Below are positions 1 to 9,157 of a DNA stretch of 64,000 nucleotides, in pieces. Every line of letters starts with the position of its first letter. Position 1 is the stretch's first letter. The position numbers were made by a program, and so were the translations under genes. Location of the stretch: contig CAWBQS010000003.1 in assembly GCA_963790915.1 (NCBI GenBank), positions 1,257,554 to 1,321,553 on the forward strand, given 5' to 3'. The notes beneath the pieces are model-generated. The model ran no database searches, was not told where the DNA came from, and saw nothing but the letters and a program-made list of their open reading frames with translations. This DNA comes from an uncultured Chloroflexia bacterium (GTDB lineage: Bacteria; Chloroflexota; Limnocylindria; Limnocylindrales; CSP1-4).

Positions 1-5
1 CCATC

Positions 6-2405
6 GTGGCCGTGCCCAGCATCGCCTCGGTCGGCGTCATCGCAGCGGGCGGCGCAGCCGGCGTCGCCATCGCCGCGCTTGACCAGGGCCTGCCTGACGT
101 CCAGGAGTTCCGGGACCTGGGCTTCTCAGAGCCAACGAAGATCCTCGACCGTTCCGGCAAGGTCGAGCTGGCCCGCTTCTGGAACGAGCGCCGCGAGGTG
201 ATCGACTTCGGGGAGATCCCGCCGCTCGTGCTGGACGCCACGACGGCCACGGAGGACGACACCTTCTGGGACAACCCGGGCTTCGACCTGGAGGCCACCG
301 TCAACGCCTTCGTCACCGCGGCCGGGGGAGGCGACCGCGGAGGAGGCTCGACCATCACCCAGCAGATCGTGCGCGCTCGTCTGCTGCCGGGGGACGTCGT
401 CACCGGGGACAGCACTACCGGGGGCCTCTACCTGCGCAAGGCCAAGGAGCTCTTGCAGGCCTACAAGCTCACCCAGGCCTTCCCGGGCGAGGAGGGCAAG
501 AAGGCCATCATCACGGCCTATCTGAACGAGATCTCCTACGGCGCCGCCTCCGGCATCGCGGCCGCGGCGGAGCTCTACCTGGGCAAGAAGCTCTCGGAGC
601 TGTCGGTCAGCGAAGCGGCCCTGCTCGCCGCCATCCCCCGGTCGCCTTCGGTCCTGTACCCCTGGGCCAAGGACTCCAAGGGACGCTTTGCGAACATCGT
701 CAAGGAAGCCGGCAAGAGGCTGAAGAACGGCAGGCGCAATGTGCGTCTCGTCCTCAAGACCTGCCCGGACGACGACACGAAGTGCGTGGACACGCCGCTG
801 GTGCAGCGCCGCGACTACATCCTGGGCCGGCTGCGCGACGGCAAGGGTCGCTGGACGACGCTCTCGGACGAGCAGTACGAGGCCGCCCTGAACGAGACGA
901 TCGTCATCAAGAAGCCGAAAGCGAGTACCTGGAAGGCGCCCCACTTCGTGAACGCGCTCCTGCCGGAGCTGAACAAGATCCTGGCCGACCGCGACCCGAT
1001 CCAGAGCGGCGGATACACGGTCATCACCACCTTGGACATGCGGGCACAGGGCATCGGCGAGCGGGTCATCCAGGCAGGCGCGGTCTTGCCCAACCTGCCC
1101 CCGTCGCTGTACTACCGGCAGCTCGACAAGCTCCGGCTGCGCCGGGACTCCAGTTGGATCACTCGCCTGCGCGGCAGCAGCCTCCGGAACGGTGCCATGG
1201 TCGCGATGGACTACCGCACCGGTGACATCCTCGCCTACGTCGGCTCGGCCGGCTACTACCGCAGGGCTACCCCCAAGTTCGCGCCCAAGGTCGACCACGT
1301 GGGCGGGTCCCATCGACAGCCCGGCTCGGCCTGGAAGCCCATGGTCTACGCCACCGGGATCGATACGGAGCGGTTGACCGCGGGCACGTATCTCCTCGAC
1401 AAGCAGGAGATGTTCGGCCCGGGCTGGACGCCAAAGAACGCCGACGGGACGTACCGGGGATACATCCAGGTCCGGGACGCGATCCAGAAATCGCTCAACA
1501 TCCCGGCCATCCGGGCGCTCCAGGATGTGGGCATCACCACCGTCCGGAAGTACGCCGTGAAGGCCGGCTTCACGTTCCTTGCTGACTATGGGAACAAGGC
1601 CCTCGACGTCGCCGGTCTGGCGGGTGCGCTCGGGACCGTCGAGGTGCGGCCGCTCGACATGACGGCAGCCTTCGGCGCCTTCGGCAACGGTGGCAAGGTC
1701 ACCAAGCCACGCCACATCCTGAAGGTGCTGGGGCCTGACGGTCAGGTCATCTACGAGGCCGGCAAGCCCGATACGAAGCAGGTGTGGAAGCCAGCCACGG
1801 CCTACATCATGGCCGACATCCTCGAGGGCAACACGAACCGCGCCGTGAACCCGGCGTGGGGTGAGGTCTTCGAGATGCACAACACCCGGGATGGCTCGCG
1901 CCGCGAGGCGGCAGTCAAGACGGGCACGACCAACGACCTGAAGGACTACTCGACCTACGGCATCCTGCCGATGCCCGAGAACAAGAAGCAGCCTGCGCTC
2001 GCGGTCGGGGTGTGGTACGGCAACAGCGATAGCTCGAGCCCCAACCTCGGCCTCCTGCGCTACTCGCTGGACAACGCCGGCCGGACCTGGGTGGCCTTCG
2101 TGCGCGACTACATGAACAACAAGCCTGCCCCCGGCTTCAAGCGGCCCAAGGGGGTCGTCGTCGGCCCTGGGGGGGAGCTCTACATCCAGGGCACGCAGCC
2201 CGGCGGCCCACGGCAGGTGGATGTGGCGGTACCGACGATCACGACCACGCCTGACTCGAGCGGTTCGACCGGCTCCGGGAGCGACGATGGCACCCCCAAG
2301 GGCCGTCGTCGGGGTGGAGGCAACGACCAAGGGCCGGCGCCAGCGCCCACCTGCCAGCCCGGCTTCACGACCAAACCGCCCGGCTGCGTCATCCCCATCG
2401 GCTGA
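6..2405 (+). CDS. Class A penicillin-binding protein (PBP1A-type transglycosylase/transpeptidase), 5'-partial at window edge
   Basis: GT51 motifs EDDTFWDNPGFD and GGSTITQQ. Transpeptidase motifs SAWKP and KTGTTND. Gly/Pro-rich C-terminal tail ending CQPGFTTKPPGCVIPIG. The ORF runs off the 5' edge: its TM/N-terminal part is missing when compared with the paralog at 18397-21198. Confidence 0.85.
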   Translation: MAVPSIASVGVIAAGGAAGVAIAALDQGLPDVQEFRDLGFSEPTKILDRSGKVELARFWNERREVIDFGEIPPLVLDATTATEDDTFWDNPGFDLEATVNAFVTAAGGGDRGGGSTITQQIVRARLLPGDVVTGDSTTGGLYLRKAKELLQAYKLTQAFPGEEGKKAIITAYLNEISYGAASGIAAAAELYLGKKLSELSVSEAALLAAIPRSPSVLYPWAKDSKGRFANIVKEAGKRLKNGRRNVRLVLKTCPDDDTKCVDTPLVQRRDYILGRLRDGKGRWTTLSDEQYEAALNETIVIKKPKASTWKAPHFVNALLPELNKILADRDPIQSGGYTVITTLDMRAQGIGERVIQAGAVLPNLPPSLYYRQLDKLRLRRDSSWITRLRGSSLRNGAMVAMDYRTGDILAYVGSAGYYRRATPKFAPKVDHVGGSHRQPGSAWKPMVYATGIDTERLTAGTYLLDKQEMFGPGWTPKNADGTYRGYIQVRDAIQKSLNIPAIRALQDVGITTVRKYAVKAGFTFLADYGNKALDVAGLAGALGTVEVRPLDMTAAFGAFGNGGKVTKPRHILKVLGPDGQVIYEAGKPDTKQVWKPATAYIMADILEGNTNRAVNPAWGEVFEMHNTRDGSRREAAVKTGTTNDLKDYSTYGILPMPENKKQPALAVGVWYGNSDSSSPNLGLLRYSLDNAGRTWVAFVRDYMNNKPAPGFKRPKGVVVGPGGELYIQGTQPGGPRQVDVAVPTITTTPDSSGSTGSGSDDGTPKGRRRGGGNDQGPAPAPTCQPGFTTKPPGCVIPIG

Positions 2406-2544
2406 CCGACCCCACAGCGGCATGGTTTCTCGTGTCGCCAGCTACGGCCACCTGACTCCCGGCATCAGCCGTCGAGCCGCTTACCGCAACGGGGCCATCC
2501 TCGCGGGCTGAAGGGGTACGCGCAGGGGTACAAGCCATGAGAGA

Positions 2545-2571
2545 GGCCCCTTCAGGTTCACCTGAGGGGCC
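2545..2571. terminator. Near-perfect GC-rich hairpin (GGCCCCTTCAGG-TTCA-CCTGAGGGGCC) between the PBP stop and the tRNA-Gln 3' end; candidate bidirectional terminator
   Basis: 11-bp inverted repeat read directly from the sequence, sitting between convergent gene ends. No strong T-tract follows it. Confidence 0.35.
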
Positions 2572-2588
2572 GCTTCACGCTCGAGGGT

Positions 2589-2663
2589 TGGCTGGCGAGG
2601 AAGGATTCGAACCTTCAATCCCCTGATCCAGAGTCAGGTGCCTTACCGTTTGGCCACTCGCCA
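2589..2663 (-). tRNA. tRNA-Gln (anticodon CTG)
   Basis: The reverse complement folds as a cloverleaf: acceptor TGGCGAG/CTCGCCA, D-arm GCCAAACGGTAAGGCA (the tRNA-Gln signature), anticodon stem CCTGA/TCAGG with loop CTCTGGA (U33, anticodon CTG), T-arm GAAGGTTCGAATCCTTC, discriminator G, and an encoded CCA. Confidence 0.8.
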
Positions 2664-2797
2664 GCGACCCGCACAGGATAGCAGAGGGCACCAGCCGGTC
2701 CCCATGCCGCGCCGCCCGCGGGTGCGCCGTTTGGTAGCGTTGCGGGACGCCCGCGTCGCGTTCAAGCGCAGCCCGCGCGCTCCCCGCAGGAGTCCTC

Positions 2798-4411
2798 GTG
2801 CCCGAGATCATCCACGGCATCGACCGTCGGCCGCTCGAGGTCGGCAAGTCGCTCTTCGACTATGCCGACGAGGTCGCCATCGCCGTGCCGCAGTCGTGCG
2901 GCCGCTCCGGCCGCTGTCGCGAGTGCGTCGTCGAGATCCGCCAGGGCGGGCAGGGGCTCTCCGCGCCCACGGATGCGGAAGCCTACCTGCCCGACGGCTT
3001 TCGGCTGGCCTGCCAGGCCTTCGTGGCGGCCGTCGACAGCGACATCGAGTTCGCCATCATCCGCCGGCGCATGCGCATCCTGGAGGCGACCGCGGAGACG
3101 CCCTGCGAGGTCGACCCGGTGGTCACGGTGGCCGACGGCGTGGTCCGCTACGCGGGCACCCCCGTCGACAAGGATCGCGGACGCTGCCTGGGCCTGGCCG
3201 TCGATGTCGGCACCACGACCGTGGTCTTCCGCGTCGTCGACCTGCGCAGCGGCCACACCGTGACCGGCGGTGCCTTCGAGAACCCGCAGCGCTTCGGCGG
3301 CAGCGACGTCATGACGCGCATCGGCTACGAGCTCGACCATCCCGGCGCCCTGCGCCAGGCCTTGCGCCGGGCGCTGAATGGCGGCCTCAGGGAGGCCTAC
3401 GCGCAGGCCGGCATCGACCGCCACTGCGTCTACGAGGCCGTCATCGTGGCCAACACGACCATGCGCGACCTCTTCTTCGACCTCGACGTGGCGCCCATCG
3501 GGCGCATGCCCTTCAAGTCCGTCACGGAGATGGCCGTAGCTCGCGGCGCGGTACAGGACACGTGGCTGACGCGCCCCGCCCACGAGCTGGGCGTCTTCAT
3601 GCACCCGCAGGGCCGTGTCGTCGGTGCGCCGCTCGTGGCCAGCCACGTGGGTGGGGACGTGGCCGCCGACCTGGTGGCCACCGAGATGGCCCGCCTCTCG
3701 GGCACCTCGATGCTCGTGGACATCGGCACGAACACGGAGATCGTGGTCAGCGACGGCCACCACATGGTGGCGGCCTCGAGCCCCGCTGGCCCGGCGTTCG
3801 AGGGTGGCCTGCTGCGCTACGGCATGCCCGGGGCGGACGGTGCCATCCAGGCCGTGCGCATCGAGGACGGCGGCTTCGCCATCGACGTCATCGGCGGCGG
3901 CGAGCCGCAGGGCATCTGCGGATCCGGCCTGGTGGACATCCTCGCGGAGCTGCGCCGCACCGATCGGATGACGGCCCAGGGTCGCCTGCGCGACGGGCGC
4001 GACGAGTACGTCATCGCACCTGGCCCGGGGATCACGTTCTCTCGCTCGGATGCCAGCCAGCTGGCGCAGGCCAAGGCCTCCAATGCTGCGGGGCAACGCA
4101 TCCTGCTGCGCCGCCTCGGGCTTGACCCCAGGCGCCTCGACCGCATCCTCCTGGCCGGCGGCTTCGCCAACGCCATCGACGTGGAGAATGCCATCGCCAT
4201 CGGCTTCCTGGCCGACGTGCCGCCGGAGCGCGTCCAGCGCATCGGCAACGCGGCCCTGCACGGCGCCGTCATGCTCCTGCTCTCCCGCGCTCGTCGGCAG
4301 GAGCTGACCGACCTGGTGGGTCGCATCGAGCACGTCGAGCTGGAGACGGAGCCCGACTTCTTCAGCCTCTTCGTGGACGGCTGCCAGTTCGAGCCGGTCG
4401 GCATCGGCTGA
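2798..4411 (+). CDS. RACo-like protein: N-terminal plant-type [2Fe-2S] ferredoxin fused to an ASKHA-fold ATPase (reductive activator of corrinoid enzymes family, DUF4445)
   Basis: Ferredoxin Cys motif CGRSGRCRECVVEI...LACQAF. ASKHA phosphate motifs LAVDVGTTTVVFRVVD and VDIGTNTEIVVSDG, plus GICGSGLVD. Length is 537 aa. Confidence 0.7.
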   Translation: MPEIIHGIDRRPLEVGKSLFDYADEVAIAVPQSCGRSGRCRECVVEIRQGGQGLSAPTDAEAYLPDGFRLACQAFVAAVDSDIEFAIIRRRMRILEATAETPCEVDPVVTVADGVVRYAGTPVDKDRGRCLGLAVDVGTTTVVFRVVDLRSGHTVTGGAFENPQRFGGSDVMTRIGYELDHPGALRQALRRALNGGLREAYAQAGIDRHCVYEAVIVANTTMRDLFFDLDVAPIGRMPFKSVTEMAVARGAVQDTWLTRPAHELGVFMHPQGRVVGAPLVASHVGGDVAADLVATEMARLSGTSMLVDIGTNTEIVVSDGHHMVAASSPAGPAFEGGLLRYGMPGADGAIQAVRIEDGGFAIDVIGGGEPQGICGSGLVDILAELRRTDRMTAQGRLRDGRDEYVIAPGPGITFSRSDASQLAQAKASNAAGQRILLRRLGLDPRRLDRILLAGGFANAIDVENAIAIGFLADVPPERVQRIGNAALHGAVMLLLSRARRQELTDLVGRIEHVELETEPDFFSLFVDGCQFEPVGIG

Positions 4412-4527
4412 GCGACAGGCGCCGCCTGCGGGCGCCGGCGGGCCGGCTGCGCGGACATGACGACGGGGCCGGTCGGATGACCGGCCCCGCAGCGCGCGTG
4501 GGATCGCGGCTCCGCGCCGCGCCACCC

Positions 4528-5886
4528 TCAGCCCATGGGCACCTGGTTGCGGAAGCCCTGGGCATCCTCGAGCCGGCGTTTGACGGCGTTGACGAAGCGG
4601 GCGCCCAGCTCGCCGTCGATGAGCCGGTGGTCGGCCGTCAGGGTGATGCGCATCATCTGCCGCACCGCGATGCCCTCGCCGTGCACGCGCGGCTCCGGGA
4701 TGACGCTGGACACGGCCAGGATGCCGGCCTCACCCGGGTTGATGATGGCGGTGAACTGCTCCACCCCGAACATCCCCATGTTCGATACGCTGAAGGTGGA
4801 GCCGCTGAGAGCCTCCGGGCCGAGCTTTCCGGCGCGGGCGGCCGTCACGACCTCTTCGGTGCGATCGTGCAGGGCACGCACGCTGAGCATGTCCGCGTCG
4901 CGCACGACCGGCACGAGCAGCCCGGCCGGCACGGAGACCGCCACGCCCAGCGCGACATGCTCGTGCTGCCAGACCGTCACGCCGTCCGTGGACGCGTTGA
5001 GGAGCGGGAACTCGCCCAGCGCCTGGACGGTGGCGGCGTGGATGAAGTCGGTGATGCTGACGGCGGAGCCACGGGCCTTGAGCGTGGCGCGCAGGGCCAG
5101 CAGGTCTGTCATGTCCACGGCCACGCTGACCGTGAACGTGGGCACCGAGGTGTTCTCGGTCAGGCGTCGCGCGATGGTCTGGCGCATGCGGCTGAGCGTT
5201 TCGCCCTGGCCGGTCATCGCCGCGGCCGGCAGGGCAGGGGCGGTGCGGGCCGGAGCGGCAGCCACGCTGGGTGGTGTGGTCGCCGAAGCCTGGACGGGCG
5301 GCGGTGTGCCTGCGGCCCCGGCCGCCCCGGCGGTGGCCGCGGCTGCGGCGGCCTGGACGTCGCGCTCGACGATGCGGCCCCCGGGGCCAGTGCCGGTCAC
5401 GCTGCGCGGATCGATGCCGAGCTCCGCCGCGAGCCGGCTGGCCCGCGGGCTGATGGCGATGCGCCCCCCGGACGGGGCTGCGAGGTCAGCGGATCGAGCC
5501 GCCCCCGACGTTTCACCCGGAGCCGCCCCCGACGCTTCTGCCGGCCCGGCCACCAGCGCCGCTCCCGGCGCCGCTGCCGCATCGACTGCTGCCCCCGACG
5601 CTGCCGACGCCAGCGGTGCGTTGGCCACGGCGTCGGGCAGAACCTCACCGGGCGTCCCGATCCAGGCCACGATCGATTCCACCGGCACCGTGGCGCCCAC
5701 AGGGGCGTCGATGCGCAGCAGGGTGCCCTCGTCGAAGGCCTCGATCTCCATGTTCGACTTGTCGGTCTCGATCTCGAAGAGCGGGTCGCCGCGGACGACG
5801 GTGTCGCCCTCCTTCTTGAACCACTGCAGGACCGTGCATTCCTCGGTCATCTGCCCGGGCATGGGCATGCGGATCGCGACAGCCAT
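4528..5886 (-). CDS. Dihydrolipoamide acyltransferase (E2 component of a 2-oxoacid dehydrogenase complex)
   Basis: Lipoyl domain (EIETDKSNMEIEAFDEG), Ala/Pro-rich linker, peripheral subunit-binding domain (ISPRASRLAAELGIDPRSVTGTGPGGRI), and catalytic domain with the DHRLIDG motif. Confidence 0.85.
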   Translation of the reverse strand: MAVAIRMPMPGQMTEECTVLQWFKKEGDTVVRGDPLFEIETDKSNMEIEAFDEGTLLRIDAPVGATVPVESIVAWIGTPGEVLPDAVANAPLASAASGAAVDAAAAPGAALVAGPAEASGAAPGETSGAARSADLAAPSGGRIAISPRASRLAAELGIDPRSVTGTGPGGRIVERDVQAAAAAATAGAAGAAGTPPPVQASATTPPSVAAAPARTAPALPAAAMTGQGETLSRMRQTIARRLTENTSVPTFTVSVAVDMTDLLALRATLKARGSAVSITDFIHAATVQALGEFPLLNASTDGVTVWQHEHVALGVAVSVPAGLLVPVVRDADMLSVRALHDRTEEVVTAARAGKLGPEALSGSTFSVSNMGMFGVEQFTAIINPGEAGILAVSSVIPEPRVHGEGIAVRQMMRITLTADHRLIDGELGARFVNAVKRRLEDAQGFRNQVPMG

Positions 5887-8189
5887 CAGATGAGCCCCCG
5901 GACTGCGGCGGCGATGTCCGCGGCGTGCGGCAGGAACGCCGCCTCCAGCGACTCGGCCTGCGGGGAGATGCCATTCGCCGCCCCGATGCGCGCCACCGGC
6001 GCGTCGAGGTCATCGAAGGCCTCGTTGACGACGCGAGCCACGATCTCGTTGACGTAGCTGCCGATGAGCACGGCCTGCGCGGCGACGACGCAGCGGCCGG
6101 TCTTGCGCACCGACGCCAGCACCGTCTCCATGTCCAGCGGCACCAGCGTGCGCAGGTCGATGACGTCGCACTCGATGCCCTCGCCAGCCAGCGTCTCCGC
6201 GGCGGACATCGCGTCCGAGACGGCCGGCCCCCAGGCGACGATGGTGGCGTCGCCACCCTCGCGGGCGATGCGGGCCTTGCCGATGGGCACCAGGTAGTCG
6301 GGATCGTCCGGGATGGGGCCACGCTCCGCGTAGAGTGCCTGGCTCTCGCAGAAGAGCACCGGGTCGTCGGAGCGGATGGCCGACTTCAGGAGGCCCTTGG
6401 CATCGGCTGCCGTGGCGGGGTAGATGACCACGAGCCCCGGCGTGTGCGTGAAGATCGACTCCAGCGACTGGCTGTGCTGCCCGCCGTAGCCCTTGCCTGC
6501 GCCGACCGAGGCACGGATGACCATGGGCACGGTCGTCTGGGCGCCGCTCATGTAGTGCCACTTGCCGGCCTGGTTGGCGATCTGGTCGGAGGCCATGAGC
6601 GCGAAGTCCATGTACATGAGCTCCACGACGGGCCGCAGGCCGGCCATGGCCGCCCCCACGCCGGTGCCGCAGATGCAGGCCTCCGAGATGGGCGTGTTGA
6701 AGACGCGGTCGCGGCCGAACGTCTCCAGCAGCCCCTTGCTGGCCTTGAATGCGCCGCCGTACTCGGCCACGTCCTCGCCATAGAAGATGACGCGGCTGTC
6801 GCGTGCCATCTCCTCGACCATGGCCTCGCGCAGGGCATCGCGCTGGAGCATGCCGGCTTCGGTGACCTTGGGCACGGGCGCCGCCTCGTAGATCGTCGGC
6901 GACGCGAACTCGGCGGGCACCGTGTCCGTGCTCGTGCCCGCGTACATGAACTTCAGCACGTCGGCGGGGTCGGGGTCGGTGGCAGCCGCGGCGCGCTTGG
7001 CCGCCGTCGCGTTGCGCTCGGCTGCCGCGGTCTTCACTGCGGCCAGCCCGGCCTCGTCCAGGATGCCCGTGGCGATCAGCTGGCGGCCCATGGTCTCGAT
7101 GGGGTCGATGGCCCGCCAGGCCTCTTCCTCCTCGCGCGTGCGGTACTCGTTGCGCGGGTCGGAGAGGGAGTGGCCGTAGTAGCGATAGGTGGAGGACTCG
7201 ATGAGCACCGGGCCTTCGCCAGCGCGGCAGAGCTCCGCGGCGCGCACCACGGCGTCGCGCACGGCCAGGACGTCCATGCCGTTGACGACCTCGGCGTGCA
7301 TGCCGTCGTCAGCGAAGCCGGCTCCGCGCAGCGCCAGGGCCTTGACGCCCATGACCTCGTCGTCGGTGCGGTGGGTCATGCCGTAGTGGTTGTTCTGGAT
7401 GAGGAAGATGATGGGCAGCCCGCCGCGGCGCTCGCCGGCCAGGAAGTTGCTCCACTGGTACTGCGATGCGAAGTTGAGCGATTCCAGGACGACGCCGTTG
7501 GCATACGCGCCATCGCCGGCGAAGCAGCAGACGATCTCGCCCGTGCCCAGGTAGCGCAGCGCCATGGCCGCGCCCGTGGCGATGGGCACGCTGCCGCCGA
7601 CGATGGCGTTGGCGCCCAGCTGGCCCGTGGAGAAGTCGGCGATGTGCATGCCGCCACCGCGTCCGCGGCAGTAGCCCTCGTCCTTGCCGAAGAGCTCCGC
7701 GATGGTGCGGTAGACGTGCTCCTCGAGGGCGGCCGCGACCAGGCCGGCGCGGTCTGCGGCGCCGCTGCCGGGCACGCGGGCGGCGAGCTGCTCGTCCCGC
7801 ATCTGGCGGATCGTCGCGAAGCCCTTGGCGATGGCGTCGCCGTGGCCGCGGTGGGAGCTGGTGATGCGGTCGGTCGGCCAGAGCACCGACGATGCTCCCA
7901 CGGCCGTGCCCTCCTGGCCGATGGAGACGTGCGTGGGGCCGCGGTAGGCGTAGCCGCTGAGGGGCTCGTAGCCGCCGGAGCGCAGCCGGACGATCATCTC
8001 CTCCAGCTCGCGGATGGCCAGCATGTCATCGAGCAGGTCCACCGCTCGACGGGCATCCAGGCGCCCGTCGCGCAGCTCGCTGGCCAGGTCGCCCTGGTAG
8101 CCGAAGCCGGTCACGGCCGGCGGCTGCAGGCTGAACGGCGTGAAGACCGGCCGGTGGTCGGAGCGGTACTGGGTGGTGGTCTCGGGCAT
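5886..8189 (-). CDS. 2-oxoacid dehydrogenase E1 component, alpha and beta subunits fused in one 767-aa polypeptide (TPP-dependent)
   Basis: N-terminal half carries E1-alpha TPP-binding motifs (GGGMHIADF, CCFAGDGAYANG). C-terminal half is E1-beta, transketolase-like (FNTPISEACICGTGVGAAMAG, MVIRASVGAGKGYGGQHSQS). One continuous ORF, abutting the E2 start. Confidence 0.85.
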   Translation of the reverse strand: MPETTTQYRSDHRPVFTPFSLQPPAVTGFGYQGDLASELRDGRLDARRAVDLLDDMLAIRELEEMIVRLRSGGYEPLSGYAYRGPTHVSIGQEGTAVGASSVLWPTDRITSSHRGHGDAIAKGFATIRQMRDEQLAARVPGSGAADRAGLVAAALEEHVYRTIAELFGKDEGYCRGRGGGMHIADFSTGQLGANAIVGGSVPIATGAAMALRYLGTGEIVCCFAGDGAYANGVVLESLNFASQYQWSNFLAGERRGGLPIIFLIQNNHYGMTHRTDDEVMGVKALALRGAGFADDGMHAEVVNGMDVLAVRDAVVRAAELCRAGEGPVLIESSTYRYYGHSLSDPRNEYRTREEEEAWRAIDPIETMGRQLIATGILDEAGLAAVKTAAAERNATAAKRAAAATDPDPADVLKFMYAGTSTDTVPAEFASPTIYEAAPVPKVTEAGMLQRDALREAMVEEMARDSRVIFYGEDVAEYGGAFKASKGLLETFGRDRVFNTPISEACICGTGVGAAMAGLRPVVELMYMDFALMASDQIANQAGKWHYMSGAQTTVPMVIRASVGAGKGYGGQHSQSLESIFTHTPGLVVIYPATAADAKGLLKSAIRSDDPVLFCESQALYAERGPIPDDPDYLVPIGKARIAREGGDATIVAWGPAVSDAMSAAETLAGEGIECDVIDLRTLVPLDMETVLASVRKTGRCVVAAQAVLIGSYVNEIVARVVNEAFDDLDAPVARIGAANGISPQAESLEAAFLPHAADIAAAVRGLI

Positions 8190-8198
8190 CGATCCTCC

Positions 8199-8993
8199 TC
8201 AGGCGACCATGACGCGGACGCCAGCACTGGCGAAGACAGACGCGGCCGTCTCATCGAGCTCGGCATCGGTGATGACGATGTCGAGCTGATCGAGGCGACC
8301 GGCGTGGGCGAACGAACGTGAGCCGAGCTTGCTGCTGTCGGCGAGCAGCACGACCTCCCCGGCCTGGGAGAGGACGCGTTCCTTGGTGAAGGCCTCACCA
8401 GGGTCCGTCGTGGTGAGCCCGGCATCCAGGGAGAGGCTGAAGGTGCCCATGAAGGCCCGGTCCACGTAGAGCGCATCGAGGATCAGGGCGGACAGCGGAC
8501 CCATGAGGGCCTGGCTGAGGGGGCGCAGCTCGCCGCCGATGACGATGAGGCGCGGTCCGCGACCGGCCAGCGCCACGATGGCGGGCAGGCTGTTCGTGAC
8601 GATCGTGATGTCAGCGCGGTCCACCAGCAGCCGCCCGAGCTCCAGGCAGGTGCTGCCGGCGTCCAGGTAGATGCGGGCCTCCGGCTCCACCAGCTCCGCG
8701 GCACGCGCCGCGATGCGGCGCTTCTCGGCCGCGTGCTTGGCGGCCTTGGCCTCGAAGCGGGCCTCGATGGGCCGGGCATCCACCGCCACCGCGCCACCAT
8801 GGACACGCCGCAGGGCGCCGCGGCCTTCGAGCTCGTCGAGGTCCCGCCGCACGGTCGCCGTCGACACTCCCAGCTCGCTGCGCAGCTCTTCGATGCGGAC
8901 GGCATGGCGGGCGCGCACGATCTGGCGCAGCCGCTCCTGCCGCTCCGGCGCGAAGGCGGCAAGGGTGCCGCCGGGTCGATCAGAATCGCTCAT
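8199..8993 (-). CDS. DeoR-family transcriptional regulator
   Basis: N-terminal DeoR HTH (RQERLRQIVRARHAVRIEELRSELGVSTATVRRDLDELE) and C-terminal DeoR sugar-binding-like domain. Divergent from the MTHFR-like gene. Confidence 0.8.
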   Translation of the reverse strand: MSDSDRPGGTLAAFAPERQERLRQIVRARHAVRIEELRSELGVSTATVRRDLDELEGRGALRRVHGGAVAVDARPIEARFEAKAAKHAAEKRRIAARAAELVEPEARIYLDAGSTCLELGRLLVDRADITIVTNSLPAIVALAGRGPRLIVIGGELRPLSQALMGPLSALILDALYVDRAFMGTFSLSLDAGLTTTDPGEAFTKERVLSQAGEVVLLADSSKLGSRSFAHAGRLDQLDIVITDAELDETAASVFASAGVRVMVA

Positions 8994-9157
8994 GAACGAG
9001 GCCTATTCGAGCATGAACGATCATGGTCTGTCAAGCCGACGATCTTCCCGTTTGACCCTGCCGGGCAGCCCCACGAGCGGTGCAGGGGAACAAGGTGACC
9101 CCAAAGCGGGCCGCACGGCTCGCGCCGGACCGGGGGCATCTGCGTACCATCAGCCGG

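Noticed and set aside
2762-4525. 587-aa ORF on the minus strand, antisense to the RACo-like gene
   Set aside because: Arg/Ala/Gly-rich low-complexity translation typical of the off-frame of 70% GC DNA. No motifs. Fully overlapped by a gene with clear domain signatures.
8994-9157. Candidate DeoR operator in the divergent DeoR / MTHFR-like intergenic region
   Set aside because: No clear direct or inverted repeat could be identified by eye, so there is not enough evidence to call a site.
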